DNA of 64,000 nucleotides from Eledone cirrhosa (lineage: Eukaryota), in NCBI GenBank assembly GCA_964016885.1, contig OZ024751.1, positions 6,634,001 to 6,698,000 of the forward strand, in the 5' to 3' direction. Below the pieces are notes generated by a model. The model was not told the origin of the DNA. It was given only the letters and a program-made list of their open reading frames with translations, and made no database searches. This document shows positions 29,930-44,559 of the stretch, in pieces; the first letter of the stretch is position 1, and each line of letters opens with the position of its first letter. The translations under genes were made by a program, and so were the position numbers.

Positions 29930-30448
29930 ATTTCGTTTCTGAATTTGTTTAGCAAGATACCTTATCTGAAAACGTGTGTTGAAACCGATATTATATTGTT
30001 ATACTTTGGGAAAGTCATGTAGCCAATAATGCTCCTTTGTTTTGTCCTACGCCATCTTGTTTTTTTGGTGTTGTGTGCTTAGTTTGCGCATCTGTTACAT
30101 CCGGGTTTTCTGTGTGTGTTTTTATTTTTTATTTATTTGTTTATTTACATGTTACTAGTTGGTTGTTTGTTCTATGTCTGCGTGTTTTCATTTTTCCCTA
30201 CTTATAAGTGGTGGTGTTGCTATTCCATTCATGTTTACTATTTAATTTTGGTTGAAGTTCATTTATGTATATTGCCTCTATGATTTGTCTAAACATTGCG
30301 TATTTTCTGTGTGTAGATTCATTTTTATCTCTATGTTCTCTAATTTGCATAGAACCAAACAACGAACCGGAATTTTATAACAAATTGAAGTGAAAACAGC
30401 TGGTGCGTGTGTTTCTTATTGGCAACATGACCCTCCCAAAGTATAACA

Positions 30449-30450
<2 letters not shown>
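29930..30450 (-). mobile_element. Rearranged PLE family P3 fragment (GIY-YIG C-terminus, 3' UTR, inverted terminus)
   Basis: Reverse complement matches ~41660-41975 and the P3 terminal motif gaccctcccaaagtataacaat. Confidence 0.8.
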
Positions 30451-30512
<62 letters not shown>

Positions 30513-30691
30513 TTATATATACAAGGGATAACAAAATATCGTTATACGTAATCCAGTTAGAGGTTATGAATATTTCGTATTGTGGATAGTTTTAGCGTAC
30601 GGCGTTGTTTGACTCGACGAGAGGTTTACGTAGGTGGCCAGTTTATGATTTCTCTTGTATGCCTATGTAAGTTTATCATGGAGTAATAATC

Positions 30692-31328
30692 TTGAAAGAG
30701 TGAAGAATAACATGGTCAACAGTACAAAAAAGGGTTTTATTTACAGTCTGACAATTGTTTCACTGATTAAGTTTTCTAAAATTTGATGAACACTTGAAGC
30801 AGTGCCACTCAATGTTAAATACGTTGTTAGATCATTGGAGATAAATAACTATTATATGTTCAGTATTTTTACGAATTGAAATTACAGAATCATTAATAAT
30901 ATTAATAATAAAAATAGAAAGAGAAAAAAGAAAGTGAGATAGAGAGAAGAAAGAAACTAAAAGGAGAAAAAAGAGAAAGATATAGAGAAAAAAGACAGAG
31001 ACAAAAGAGGATAAAAAGAGCTTTCTATCTCTTTCTATCCTCTCTTCTCTCTGTCTTTTTTCTCTACATCTTTCTCATTTTTTTCCTCTCTATATTTATT
31101 ATTAATATTGTTAATGATGCTCTAATTTGAATTCGTAAAAATTATGAACATATAACAGTTATTTATCTCCGATGCTCTGGTTAAGCTAACAACGTATTTA
31201 AAATTGAGTGGCACTGCTTCAAGTTTTCAGCAATTTTTAGACAACTTAATCAGTGAAACAATTGTTAAGACTGTAAATAAAACCCTTTTTTGTACTGTTG
31301 ACCATGTTATTCTTCACTCTTTCTTTCA
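30692..31328. repeat. Diverged inverted repeat, ~320-bp arms
   Basis: gagtgaagaataacatggtcaacagtac and gtactgttgaccatgttattcttcactc. Confidence 0.9.
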
Positions 31329-31333
31329 ATATA

Positions 31334-31438
<105 letters not shown>

Positions 31439-31442
31439 TATA

Positions 31443-32110
31443 ATGGAATATAAAGGCATTGATGAATTACGAAAACAGAAACAAATTGAAGGTACGTCCA
31501 ATATTCTATCATATATCTCAACACACAACCCAAGAAATGCGGAAGCTTACAACACTCTTCACAAGAACATCCCACTATTGAAACAAGACCAATGAATGAA
31601 GAAAGCCCTTGAAACACACCAAATAATCAAAAGCAAAAGACAACCGAAATCACTAAAATCATTATTCACCAATGCCAAATTACCTACAACAAACCAAAAA
31701 CGAACTGTCAACAAATGTGGTCGCTCTAATTGTGGAACCTGCACTCACCTCATTGAATGCAACACGTATAGAGTTCAATCAGGACAACATTTTTGCTGTA
31801 AAAAATCACTTCACTTGCTCATCAAAAAATCTACTTTATGCCATTAAATGTAAAGGATGCAATGAAGATTATATAGGACAAACTAAACTCACACTCATAA
31901 ACAGAGTGACAGTTCATCGCCACCAATTACGAGATCCTACCACAAGACAGATACCACTAAGTGCACATCAAGACATATGCGCAAGTAATAAGACACCCAA
32001 ATTCCAATCTTCTCATGTTATCTTTGCGCTGAGAATACAACAGGACAAATACGAATAAATGAGGAAAACATGTTTATTCAAAAATATAGACCAGCATTAA
32101 ATATAGTTTA
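31443..32110 (+). pseudogene. PLE Zn finger + GIY-YIG endonuclease fragment (P1-related)
   Basis: CGRSNCGTC; FTCSSKNLLYAIKCKGCNEDYIGQT; one or more frameshifts. Confidence 0.9.
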
Positions 32111-33068
32111 ATATACATTATGTCAACACCATAACATGCTAACCATCCAAACAGACACATATATACACACACATATAACACCTTCTATTTTAGAAAATAA
32201 AAACCAGAACTAAATAAACCTTAACATACGTAAATACTCTAAAACCGTAATATGCTAACCACACACCCCACACACACATAACTCCCTCCCCCATTCTACT
32301 AACGGAATCATTTTTCTACACACACAAAAAAAAATATATTCTCTCCATCTTAACATGCTAACCATACTCCCACACACACATACACACACACATTACACCC
32401 ATACACACACACACACAACTCTCTCCCCCATTTCTACTAATAAAATCATCTTCCTACACACACACACACACACACACTCACCAGCACACAAAAAAACATA
32501 CATATCTGTACTTTCTTAGAAAGTCGGAATTTTCAATAGAAAGTCGGAATGTTTACACCCCAGCACACCAGCCATATTCACTGAACCAGAACAATTCTCC
32601 CCATCCCGTTTTTCTTGACCATTATCTTTTGATTGGCATAACATTCTCTAAAAGGCTACAGAACAAATTCCCAAATACGGGCGCGATTTAATGTACGTGT
32701 TCACGTGACAGTGATAATTTCATTTATAACCAATTAAATTACATTTATAAAAAAAGTCTTCGTGAGCCATCTTTTTTTAAGTAAAAAGAAATTCAAACAC
32801 AAACTGGCGTGAAAGCTGATGTGCTTATTCATGAATGCATCAATCAACCAAACTTCACTCATATATGAAAAGAGAATCTCAGCCACCACCTTTATAAGAA
32901 CTTTGTAACGCGAACTGGTGCGAAATTTATTATACTTATTCACCAACCACACCAAATTACTTCTCTAAAAACCTAGCTTTTCCAGCCACTTTTTTCCATA
33001 TAAAACAGAAGTAACATTCAAACACCAACCAGATGTGACAAAACCACAAAACCTCCATCTCAATTGTA

Positions 33069-33104
33069 CTTTTGAAAAGCAGAAGAATTGCGAAACCGGT
33101 AAAG
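33069..33104 (+). ncRNA. Minimal HHR family H, U3-A8 core with intact GAAA
   Basis: CTT-TTGAAAA-GCA gaagaat TGC-GAAAC CG GTA-AAG; palindrome ACCGGT; lies in the 3' UTR of the 31443 PLE. Confidence 0.75.
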
Positions 33105-33236
33105 GAACCAAATGAATATATATTTTTTATAAAAAAGGCGCCAGTTGCATTTTCGATTTCATCTTTTTCCTCATATATATATATATATATATATATGAGA
33201 GTATTGAAGTTTGCTTGAAGCATTGTGGAATAATAA

Positions 33237-33991
<755 letters not shown>

Positions 33992-34031
33992 TGTATATAT
34001 ATATATACGTGCGTATATATATATATATATA

Positions 34032-34062
<31 letters not shown>

Positions 34063-34157
34063 GCATATACATATATATGTATATATATATGTGTGTATAT
34101 ATATATATATGTATATATACATGCATATATACATATATATCTGTGTGTGTGTATACA

Positions 34158-34247
<90 letters not shown>

Positions 34248-35717
34248 TAGATAGATGTATGGAGGCATGTGAGTTGTGTGTATGTAACTCTGAAGAGTTG
34301 CCATTTAACTTTCGAAAAAATGAAATGTTTCTCTTGTCTTCATAATCATTTTGAATCAGTTATATTCATGTTTGCAATGCAAGTTAATTTTCTATAGACG
34401 AGGCGGGCAGAAACATTAATATTTATCTATGCATTTTATCGAAATGGCAGAGGTCATCATAACAGTGTACATACTCATCATAAATCAATATATTTTATAA
34501 TTTAATGAAATGAACTAAGAATTTAATGGAAAATTTTGTAAAACTGAAATTAATATTTAATATACAGAATCTATTCCAAACTATATTGCAATATATCGAA
34601 TTATATAACGTAATTATGTAATCGTAATCTGTTTAAGATATTATAACCTACAACAAATCATTAAAAAATACAAATATATTATTTTCGTTTTTCGGAAGAT
34701 GTGGAATTTATTTGATTTACTAAGTGGTATGACAAAATTACGCAATTTATGATCTATTCAAATTTGTACTTCAACAGCATACCATTTTAATCGCTAAACG
34801 TTTGAATATTGAATTATATCTGCAAATCCTTTAAATTGCACAAATCAATATGCACAACGTTTCTGCATCAATCATAGTGATGCGTTAATGTATAGATACA
34901 ATTCAGGACCAACCAGATGCATAAACATAACATAGACAACGTTATTCATATATAATGTTTTTTCTGTGGCTGTTTGTCTTTGCTTCTCAATTATTACTTT
35001 ATTAAATCTTGAGTCAATTAGCAAACTGAAACAGTGTATAGCAAGTAAACTGTGAATATTGTAAACATGTCACGAACCACAATTCATGTTGTTAATTAAA
35101 TAAACCACAATATCATCTCTATTAAACAAAAAACAGTTTAGTAACGAAAGTGTGAAATAAGAAAGGAAAACATGTTTTGTGTGACATTATAAACGAAATA
35201 ACTTCCATCACACACAAAAAATATCATCAACGATATCCACAAAGCTTAGTAAAATATTCATAATTAGCAGAGACACGGAAAGGAACGTTAAAATTCATGC
35301 AAGGATGTCAGTTTCTGTATACAAGATGACATGTGGATACAAAGGAGACGAAATATCTTATCAAACCACACGATTTAAACAAATGATCAATACGTTCTAA
35401 CTAAGCGGTTGACTAGCGCTAACAATATATCTATGATCTTGCAGCAAAGCATGAGGAGCATATCCTAGGTTTCTTGAGAGAAATAAACTGGTATCATGTA
35501 TGTCTACACACACCCATATCAGTACAGTATACTGCTTACCTGCCAACTGTCAGAGCTAGTGAAAATATATGAAGGGTAATCACCCAGAAACATTAGTATC
35601 TGAAGTTCTGTTTACATACCTACACAAGAGCAAGAATGACGGGTCATTCTACTGATATTGCTTTAAAGATGCCGTTTGCATAATAGCAAACGAATTAAAT
35701 ATTATTATTAATATTTG

Positions 35718-36135
35718 AAGGTGGATTGGCAGTATCGGACGCCATGCTTTGACGTATAGAGTTGCGCCCCTTGCCATTCTGAGTTCAAATCCCGCCGAGG
35801 TTAACTTTGCCTTTCATCCTTACGGGGTCGATAAAATAAAGTACCAGTAATACACTGGGGTATTTGCTAGTCTTGTGCCAAAAGTAGAAACAATTATTAA
35901 TATTTGAAAAAGGGCTGTGGATTGGCAGTATCGGTAGAGTCGGACACAATGCTTTCCATATATAATTACGACCTTTTACGGTCAGAGTTCAAATCCGCCG
36001 AGGATAACTTTCCCTTTCATCCTTACGGGGTCGTCGATAAAATAAAGCACCAGTAACGTACTGGAGTCCATTTAATCGACTTTCCTCCTCCTTCCAAGTT
36101 ACTGGCCTTGTGCCTATACTAGAAATCACTATTAA
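35718..36135 (+). mobile_element. Two tandem SINE S1 copies (35718-35900, 35911-36135)
   Basis: Repeated A/B box and central domain. Confidence 0.9.
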
Positions 36136-36249
36136 TATTCGAAAAACTCAGTTTACATTTATTGTATTCAGTCATGTACAGCGATAGAGTATTTGTTTTA
36201 TACCTATATATAGTGGTAGAACACTGGAAGGTAATATTTGAGTTCAAAA

Positions 36250-38330
36250 AGATTAGTTCACCATACCGAGAACAATTGTTTCACCTTAGCGGATGCTCAG
36301 CTCGTAATGGACATGGTTATACGGAACAAGAAGGAAAACCGTACGAACGCGCATTCGCAGAAACCGTCACTTCACTCAGGCAATACTAAATTGCGTGCGA
36401 GAAGTGTAAGGGAGATAACTGCGAAAGTCCGAATATTTATTCGTTCATCAATACATAGTACACACGACGGATTGCCCCTTGCGTATGGCTTGGACCTAGT
36501 GATAGCTTTCCATTGAATGGAGTAGTCTATACTTGAGTCCTTGAGGGACCATACGTGGCTCGCGACTCTCGTAGATGAACGTCTGTCCGGGTACCTAAAG
36601 GTTGACTGGGGGTTCAGGATGTGTTCCTTAAATCGGCTCCCCGCAATAAGCACATAGAATGTGACCTCCTGTGGTTGATTTGGTCGGTTGGAAGTAACCA
36701 CAGCTTCATAAACTACAGCGGGTGTGTTGCATTGCTGTTGAAGGGGACAAGCTTCGGGCTTACGGCAAGAGCACGATGGTGGGGTGTTGCTCTTAGGTAT
36801 GTTGGTGATGTGGACCTTCATATTCTAGAACGCAGGAGTATCCTAGTTTTACTTTCTGTCGGTTAAAGATGGGGCGGTATCTAAGAGGGCTAAACAAATT
36901 TTGCCTACATTGGTTTTAACGGTGGTGAGAAGAGAGGAGAGAACCAGATAGTTTTGTCTATTGTTACACTTTCTTTTCTTATTGCTGTTGTTGTTAGTGG
37001 GAAAGTAAGTGAAAGATTGCGAGAAACCGCTGTTAGCTAACGCCATGTTATAGTAGGGTGCGGCTCTGTCAAAGATAGCCTTATTAGAGGAGATATTTGA
37101 GATTCTAGTACTGATATTATTTACGTAGTGTCTAAAACAGCGGGGGTGAGAGCATGAGACCTTGTGAATGTAATTGAGTTTTTCGTAAATCTTATGGAAG
37201 GGTCTGTAGGTGTCTGTGCGAAGATTCTAAATTAATGTCTAAGAAATCTACGCTAGAGAGGTTGGTAGCTATTCTTATCCTAAGTCCTAACTCCTTGAAG
37301 GTAGAAGCTAAGTCTTTTTTAAACCGGTCGAGGTCGTGACCACTTTTATGGCTCGATAAGGTTAGTCCATCTTCGCCTTATATTCCCGTGTGGAAGTCCG
37401 GGAATCTAACACGTAATAAGTCTAAAAAAAATAGGCCAACCAAGTCGCAAACGTCAGCACTGTCAAACGATCCTGTGGAGGCGTCGAACGGGTCTGAAGT
37501 CGTTGACTTCTTTGTCCAGGCTACTCCATTATTGAAGAGGAGGATTTTCCGACAGTGAGCGATGATTTCCCTGTCTAAATCATGGACGGTGGTGTAAGTG
37601 GTAGCGAAGCCCAACGCTTTGTTTAACGCGTAAAAATCAACAATGTCAAACTGTGTGAACTTCGCTTTTTGAGATTTGAAGGAGTTGAACCACTTAATTA
37701 CGGAGTCACTGTTCACCCTCTGGAACAGGTTGGACTTGGTCCTAATGGGCTTAACTATGTTTCTAAGTAGGGCCTTACTGACTAGTCCCATATCTGTGCG
37801 AGCCGGGTTTATTAGTCTACATGTGGAGTTAGAAGTAAAGTCTACCTTGTGATCTTTCAGGGTGAGGAACGCCACCCGCTTAGCTAGAGATTGTAGCTTC
37901 TTATCTACCTTAAGGGCGGCGGAAAGTTCTTTAGCTTCTGTGTTAATGTTGTGGTAGGCCATAGGGTTAGCTTTCTTATATTTGGAAGTAATAGCGTTAT
38001 GGGCCAAGTGGCTGTAAGTGGTGTTGTCGACCATGTAAATATTATTAATTTTGTCGGAAAGAACGAAAGTGTTATTAGAAGACCTAAATTTCTTAATATC
38101 TTTTCTAAGTTTAGTTTGAAAGGTGTTAGGGTGTTTGCGAAAAGAAATGTTAGCGACTAAGTCAAGAAATTCCGCCTCGAAAGGAGCAAGTTAAGTTACT
38201 TTAGGAGGATAGGCTCTCGATTTCATGTTGAAGGTGTTACTGGTGCCTGTAATTTTGCCGTCAAAAGCTAGGGCTCGCCATCTTAAGCGTCTGACGACAT
38301 CTTACGCTTTTTGTAGGAGAAGGTTTTTAA
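36250..38330 (-). mobile_element. Near full-length decayed Naiad-type PLE (family P2); 3' HHR at 36261-36310
   Basis: VRRLRWRAL, FLTLKDHK, CRLINPA, QFDIVDFY, CSCRKPEACPL, VVYEAVV, CVLC; stops, frameshifts and internal deletions. Confidence 0.9.
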
Positions 38331-39620
38331 AAAGCGAAGTTCACACAGTTTGACATTGTTGATTTTTACTCGTCGATCTCAGAGACTCAGTTAAACACAG
38401 CGTTGGAATTCGCTACCACTTACACTACCGTCCATGATTTAGACAGGGAAATCATCGCTCACTGACGGAAAACCCCCTACTTCAACAACAGAGTAGCGTG
38501 GGCAAAGAAGTTAACAACTTCAGACCTGTTCGACGCCTCCACGGGATCGTTTGACAGTGCTGACGTTTGCGACTTGGTTGGCTCTTTATTTTAGACTTAT
38601 CACGTGTTAGATTCCCGGATTTCCACACGGGAATATACGGCGACGATGGACTGACCTTATCGAGCCATAAACGTGGTCACGACCGCGACCGGTTTAAAAA
38701 TGATTTAGCTTCTACCTTCAATGAGTTAGGACTTAGGATAACAGTAGCTACCAACCTCTTTAGCATAGATTTCTTAGACATTAATTTAGACCTTCGCACA
38801 CACACCTACAGACCCGTCCATAAGCTAAACGAGAAACTCAATTACATTCACAAGGATACATGCCACCCTCCCACTGTTTTTAGAAACTTCGTAAATAATA
38901 TCAGTACTAGAATCTCAAACATCTCCTCTAATAAGGCTATCTTTGACAGAGCGGCACCCTACTATAACATGGTGTTAGCTAACAGCGGCTTCTCACAACC
39001 TATCACATACTCTTCCACTAACAACAACAGCATTAAGAAAAGAAAGCGTAACCTCAGACAACCTATCTGGTTCTCTCCCCCCTTCTCACTCTACGTTAAA
39101 ACCAATGTAGGCAAAAAATGTCTAGCTATCTTAGATAAAAACTTTCCTATAGGTCATAAATACCGCTCCATCTTTAACCGAGACAAAGTAAAACTAGGAT
39201 ACTCCTGCGCTAAGAACATGGAGGCCCACATCACCAATAGCCCTAAGAGCAACACCCCACCAGGGTGCTCTAGCCGTAAGCCCGAAGCTTTTCCCCTTCA
39301 ACAGCAAGGCAACATACCCGCTGTAGTTTATGAAGCCGTGGTCACTTCCAACCGACCAAATCAACCACGGGAGGTCAGATCATATGTGGGTATGGCGGAG
39401 GGCCGATTTAGGGAACGCTTCCTGAGCCACCAGTCGACCTTTAGGTACCCGGACAGACGTTCATCCACGAGAGTCGCGAGCCACTTATGGTCCCTCAAGG
39501 ACTCAAGTATAGACTATTCCATTCATTGGAAAACCATCACTAAGTCCAAGCCATACGCAAGGGGCAATCTGTCGAGTGGTCTATGTATTGATGAACGAAT
39601 AAATATTCTAAAGAGAATAC
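38331..39620 (+). pseudogene. Inverted partial second copy of P2 (RT motifs 3-7, thumb, GIY-YIG), head-to-head with the first
   Basis: KFTQFDIVDFY, GIYGDDGL, FLDINLDL, WFSPPFS, VVYEAVV...SYVGMAEGRFRERF; includes the 38567-39712 ORF. Confidence 0.9.
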
Positions 39621-39654
39621 CCAATAGCTTAGAGAAAGGAGTACATAGTGCATA

Positions 39655-39750
39655 TTGTTTCTCTGGAGTTTCGCCTGTTTATGACAGGCTCATCAGACAA
39701 GAACTTATTTGATTACCCTGTGATAAACAGGTGAAATACCAGAGTAACAT
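39655..39750. ncRNA. Inverted pair of degenerate HHRs, family J
   Basis: Minus strand: TTGT-CTGATGA-GCCTGT cataa ACAGGC-GAAACTC ca GA-GAA-ACAA; the plus copy retains GTA-ACA but has a damaged core. Confidence 0.7.
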
Positions 39751-40918
39751 GCTTTTTTATTTAGCTTTAATAATGAATATATGTATATATGTATGTGTGT
39801 GTCTGTGTCGGCGAGCGTGCCTGCGTGCGTGTCTGTCTGTGTGTGTTAGATGTGTACGAGGTGACTAAGAAGATCAGTAGAAAGTCTGTGAGCGATAGTT
39901 ATCTATGTTGAGAGTCTGAATGTTGTATTTTATTACTGTTGATTTTATGTCACTTGGTAGACAGTTGACTTGTAATATTACTCCTATGTTTGTCCTGTTT
40001 GGGTTGGTGTATTTATGCTTTTAATTTAGTGTTGCTTATTTAGAGAATATGTTGTGTTTGTCAATTGACTGAACTAAAACTATTAAATAATATTAAATTT
40101 GAATTTTTAAATCGTGTCATTTTGAAAAACAAATATATTTTCATTGATGATACTTAATATCCAGAAGGATGAAATTTCTGTTATGATAAGGGGCACAGTC
40201 GTATACCTGCACTTCTGTATTGTTATACTATATAGGTGTGCTACACTCCCATAACTTATTTGAGGTGGATAGTTCAACTATTACACAACCGGAAACATAT
40301 CATGTCACTTCTTGAAGTGGGGTTTCAACACAAATCACTGTCTATTGCGTACAATGACACAGAATGTAAGCTACACATACAAGCATAGAAAGACGTACAC
40401 AAATACTTATAGAATTATACCTTGCTATGAAATACAAAGAATTATAACCTTCCTATAAAAAAAACAAAGCATATTGAGGAGGCCTCTATTAACCAGTGTC
40501 TCTTTAAAGATGTGTTTAACGAACACACTTGACACCAATAGATACGGGGTTTGTTTCCTTAGAGTTGTTTCTTTCCAATATTTCTGTCATCTAAATTAAA
40601 CTCTTGCCCAATTATCACAACTATTATTCATACTGTTGATTCATACTGTTGATACTGTGATTATGTGCATTATGACGGCTATATTTCATAGTTCAAAATT
40701 TCACAATGCTTTTCATGTCAACTGGGTTTTTACTCTATAACTCGGGCGGCAACAGTGAAATATTAACAAACAATTCATGTTATAGATAAATAAAAAAGCA
40801 TTTCACTGTTACATAATTAAGTGAATAAATGTTTTTCTCCAGATAAATGAACATAAACATACAAAGGCACAAATGCACTCACACAAACACACACACGCAC
40901 ATGTACACACACACACAT

Positions 40919-40996
<78 letters not shown>

Positions 40997-41140
40997 ACAT
41001 TGTAGTTTACTTGAAGCGTAGTGAGGTATAAATGTTTGGAGTTAGAAGGCCAGAACAATGCAGGTATGGATATAGAATATAAATACAAATGCAAAAGATA
41101 TTGCTGACAATTAGTCTTTTACCTTAAATTTATTTGAATA

Positions 41141-41177
41141 TCCTTATATTTCGAGATAATATCTCTTCTACAGAGGG
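41141..41177 (-). ncRNA. Ultra-minimal HHR-like motif, family K
   Basis: Minus strand: CCT-CTGTAGA-A-GAGAT att ATCTC-GAAAT ATA-AGG; homolog at 55251-55287 (CCGAAGA core). Confidence 0.6.
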
Positions 41178-41409
41178 AAGTAAAGGGGTTAATCCACTGT
41201 TCTAATTAGCTTGCCAAGTCATTTATATATATTTCGTTTCTGAATTTGGTTAGCAAGATTCTTTATTTGAAAACGTGTGTTGAAATTGATATTGTTATAC
41301 TTTGGGAGCGTCATGTTGCCAATAAGAAACACACGCACCAGATGCTTTCACTTAAATTTATTATAAATAACATTTTTTTTTTTTTAAATGTTTCCAAAAA
41401 ATTTATAAA

Positions 41410-41809
41410 TTTTCAAAGACCTCCCTGTAAGGATAAAAAATGCATAATCTGTAAACTAAGCCCCCATATTAACTGTAAAACTAGAAACATAGTATATAGA
41501 ATAAGAGATACTGAAGGACAGTGTAAAGATAAGAATATAGTGTACATAGGTGAGACAGCTCGTAGTATAGGGGAACGGTTAAATGAACACTGGCGAGAGC
41601 TTCAAGATAGAAATGAATCATCAGTACTCCACCATCATGCTAAAATAGAACATGAGGGCAAATTAGAGAACATAGAAATAAAAATAAAATCTACACACAG
41701 AAAAGGCTCAATGTTTAGACAAATCACAGACGCAATAAACATAAATGAACTCCAACCAAAATTAAATAGAAAACATGAATGGAATAGCAACATCACAACT
41801 TACAATTAA
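41410..41809 (+). pseudogene. PLE GIY-YIG endonuclease fragment
   Basis: CKDKKCIIC...CKTRNIVYRI...YIGETARSIGERLNEH...LQPKLNRKHEW. Confidence 0.9.
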
Positions 41810-42003
41810 GGACAAAATGAAAACACACACACACAGAACAAACAACCAACCAGTAACATGTAAATAAACAAATAAATAAACAAATAAAAAAGCACACAGA
41901 CACCCGGATGTAACACATGCGCAAACTAAGCACACACACACGCACAAACAAGATGGCGTAGGACAGAACAAAAGAGAGGCACAAAACAAAGAAAAAAATC
42001 CCA

Positions 42004-42046
42004 GTCACTGAAGAGGTCACAGAATGTGTGACGAAAGAACTTTGGC
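42004..42046 (+). ncRNA. Minimal HHR, family L (extra G after A9)
   Basis: GTCA-CTGAAGA-G-GTCACA gaatg TGTGAC-GAAAG AA CTT-TGGC; homologs at 18807, 42796-42837 (-) and 58365-58407. Confidence 0.8.
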
Positions 42047-42201
42047 AATATATGAACAACCGTCCGGTTGTGGAACCAACTAACCAACCGGAAATTTATA
42101 AATTTTTGCAAAAAAACAAAAATTATTTTTAATTTATAATAAATTCGAGTGAATGTAACTGGTGCGTGTGTTTCTTATTGACTACACGACCCTCCAAAAG
42201 T

Positions 42202-42282
<81 letters not shown>

Positions 42283-42566
42283 GTAGTTTAGAAAGCCACA
42301 ACAATGCAGATGGGAAATCTTAGCCTGTTCCCCCCCTTTTGGAACTTACCCCCGTTGATGGGCGTCAGCCCGAAATTTTGTGATTAAATCTCCACTACGG
42401 TAACCCTTCTACCTTTGTTTTGTTTTCCTTTTTCGTTTCTCTCAATTTTCACTTTTCTCCTATTTCTCACTCACTTCCTACCTCGAGATTTCCCATCTGC
42501 ATTGTTGTGGCTTTCTAAACTACATATTTTACATATTTCACAATGATTCAAGCAAACTTTAACACC

Positions 42567-42611
<45 letters not shown>

Positions 42612-42957
42612 TTCATTTTTGTATGTGTTTTGTTTGTAAGCTTTCTTATCTGAAAGCTTGTTGAAACAGACTTTGTTATACTTTCGGTGGGTCATGCTGC
42701 CAATTCAAACACACGCACCTGTCGTTTTCTCTTCAATTTAGGATAAACGTCCAGTTGGTAAGTGAAATAATCGGATGGCTGTTTATGTCTTTACTGTCAA
42801 AGCTCTTTCGTCCCAAATTATGTGACCTTCTCAGTGAAAAAAAATGTTATTTTTGTCTCTCGTTTCTTCTGGCCTATACCTTTTAGTGAATAAAGATTCT
42901 TCTCTGTGTAAATGCACATACGGATTGGCACACGCCCACGCACACAAATATCTACAT

Positions 42958-42988
<31 letters not shown>

Positions 42989-43780
42989 TAAATACAATGA
43001 ACAGGTGGTAATGATTATATAGTAAGTTTTATTATATATACACACGTGTTGGTGTATATTATAATTTCTAGTGTTCCTCTCCTACTGCGCAATTCATTAA
43101 ACTTTCGTTTGTCATTCCTTGAATATGTCATTCATTCCATTCTTTATCCATGTTCAGAAAATTAAGAAGGAAATATTTCCATGTGTGAATCCATAAAAAA
43201 AAAATTAATCACGTCGTATTAATGCAACGATTTTGGTTACGTAAACAATGGAAATACCTGTTTCTATTAAACAGGTGCATCGTTGGATTGATACAGCAAC
43301 AATTTTCCTCATCTTCGATTATTGAAACATAAATAACATGGTTCATTTTATTAGTAATCATAACGAAATTGTATTCAAATATTAGATTAACATTTTGAAA
43401 GAACTAGAAAATTAAGATTTTCCTCGTAGGAATCTTTTAATTATTTCTGTTGCTAACAAATATTTCATAGAACTGTGACAATACAATATTCTAAGATACC
43501 TATAATTATGACAAATGATATATTTAAGAGTCCGTTGAAGTGATGTTACTATGATAAACGAGAACGCACTCAGGAACGCTTCTCTGATGTTAATCAGGAG
43601 AGGAAGTATAATTTTATTTAATTAATATCAATGAATAAAACTAAACAAAGAAATTATTTCTATACTGTTTATGTGCGTACAGAATCTACTGACACTCACA
43701 CATATATGTATGGATAAATACACCCATTATATATATAATATATATATATATATATATGCAACGCATATTATATATATATT

Positions 43781-43820
<40 letters not shown>

Positions 43821-44030
43821 TCATGTATATATATATATATGTATGTATACGTTAACACTTTGCTTCAGAATTTTTCTCTACTAAACAGAATTACTCACCA
43901 TAAATCACAAATAGGCTTTTATACAAATATTCCGATTCAAAGAAGAATCGATATGGATGTATTGCTGTCTTATAATTTCGATTGATATGTTCTTCTGTCA
44001 ACTTAAACAGATACTCCAATACATATGATA

Positions 44031-44087
<57 letters not shown>

Positions 44088-44377
44088 CATATAGGAACAT
44101 CATTTTACTTTGAGTTATATGCCAGATCTAACATTAATCAATTTTAACATGATTATGTTAAACATGTAAAATGTATTGGAATGCACACACGCACCAATTA
44201 TATACATACATAGGCACAGAAACGACCACACACACGTTAATATTTATATTTATTTATAAAGTGCCTGAGGTTTGACAATTTTGAAAACTACATATAGTGG
44301 CAGTAACTGAAGGAGATTCTTGAAAACGACTCCTGCTGTTCCAGTCTTTTTTCTAAACTTCTCTCAATCTATTGAAG

Positions 44378-44447
<70 letters not shown>

Positions 44448-44559
44448 TTATATACCATACCCTAGTATGCAGATTGGAGCACTCGACGAAGTGCGCAGGC
44501 TGGTTTGGTTACTCCGGAGTAATGTAAAATAAACTAAAATAAATAAGTCAAATATTTAA

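Larger units (their letters stand above)
41225..42210 (+). mobile_element. 5'-truncated PLE (family P3): inverted 5' pLTR, GIY-YIG fragment, 3' UTR with HHR
   Basis: ~41290-41410 is the reverse complement of ~42090-42210. Confidence 0.85.

Noticed and set aside
34330-35700. Possible host exons in repeat-poor stretches (also 26.6-27.4k, 40.0-40.8k, 43.0-43.7k, 63.1-64k)
   Set aside because: No recognisable coding motif; short exons cannot be excluded without transcript data.
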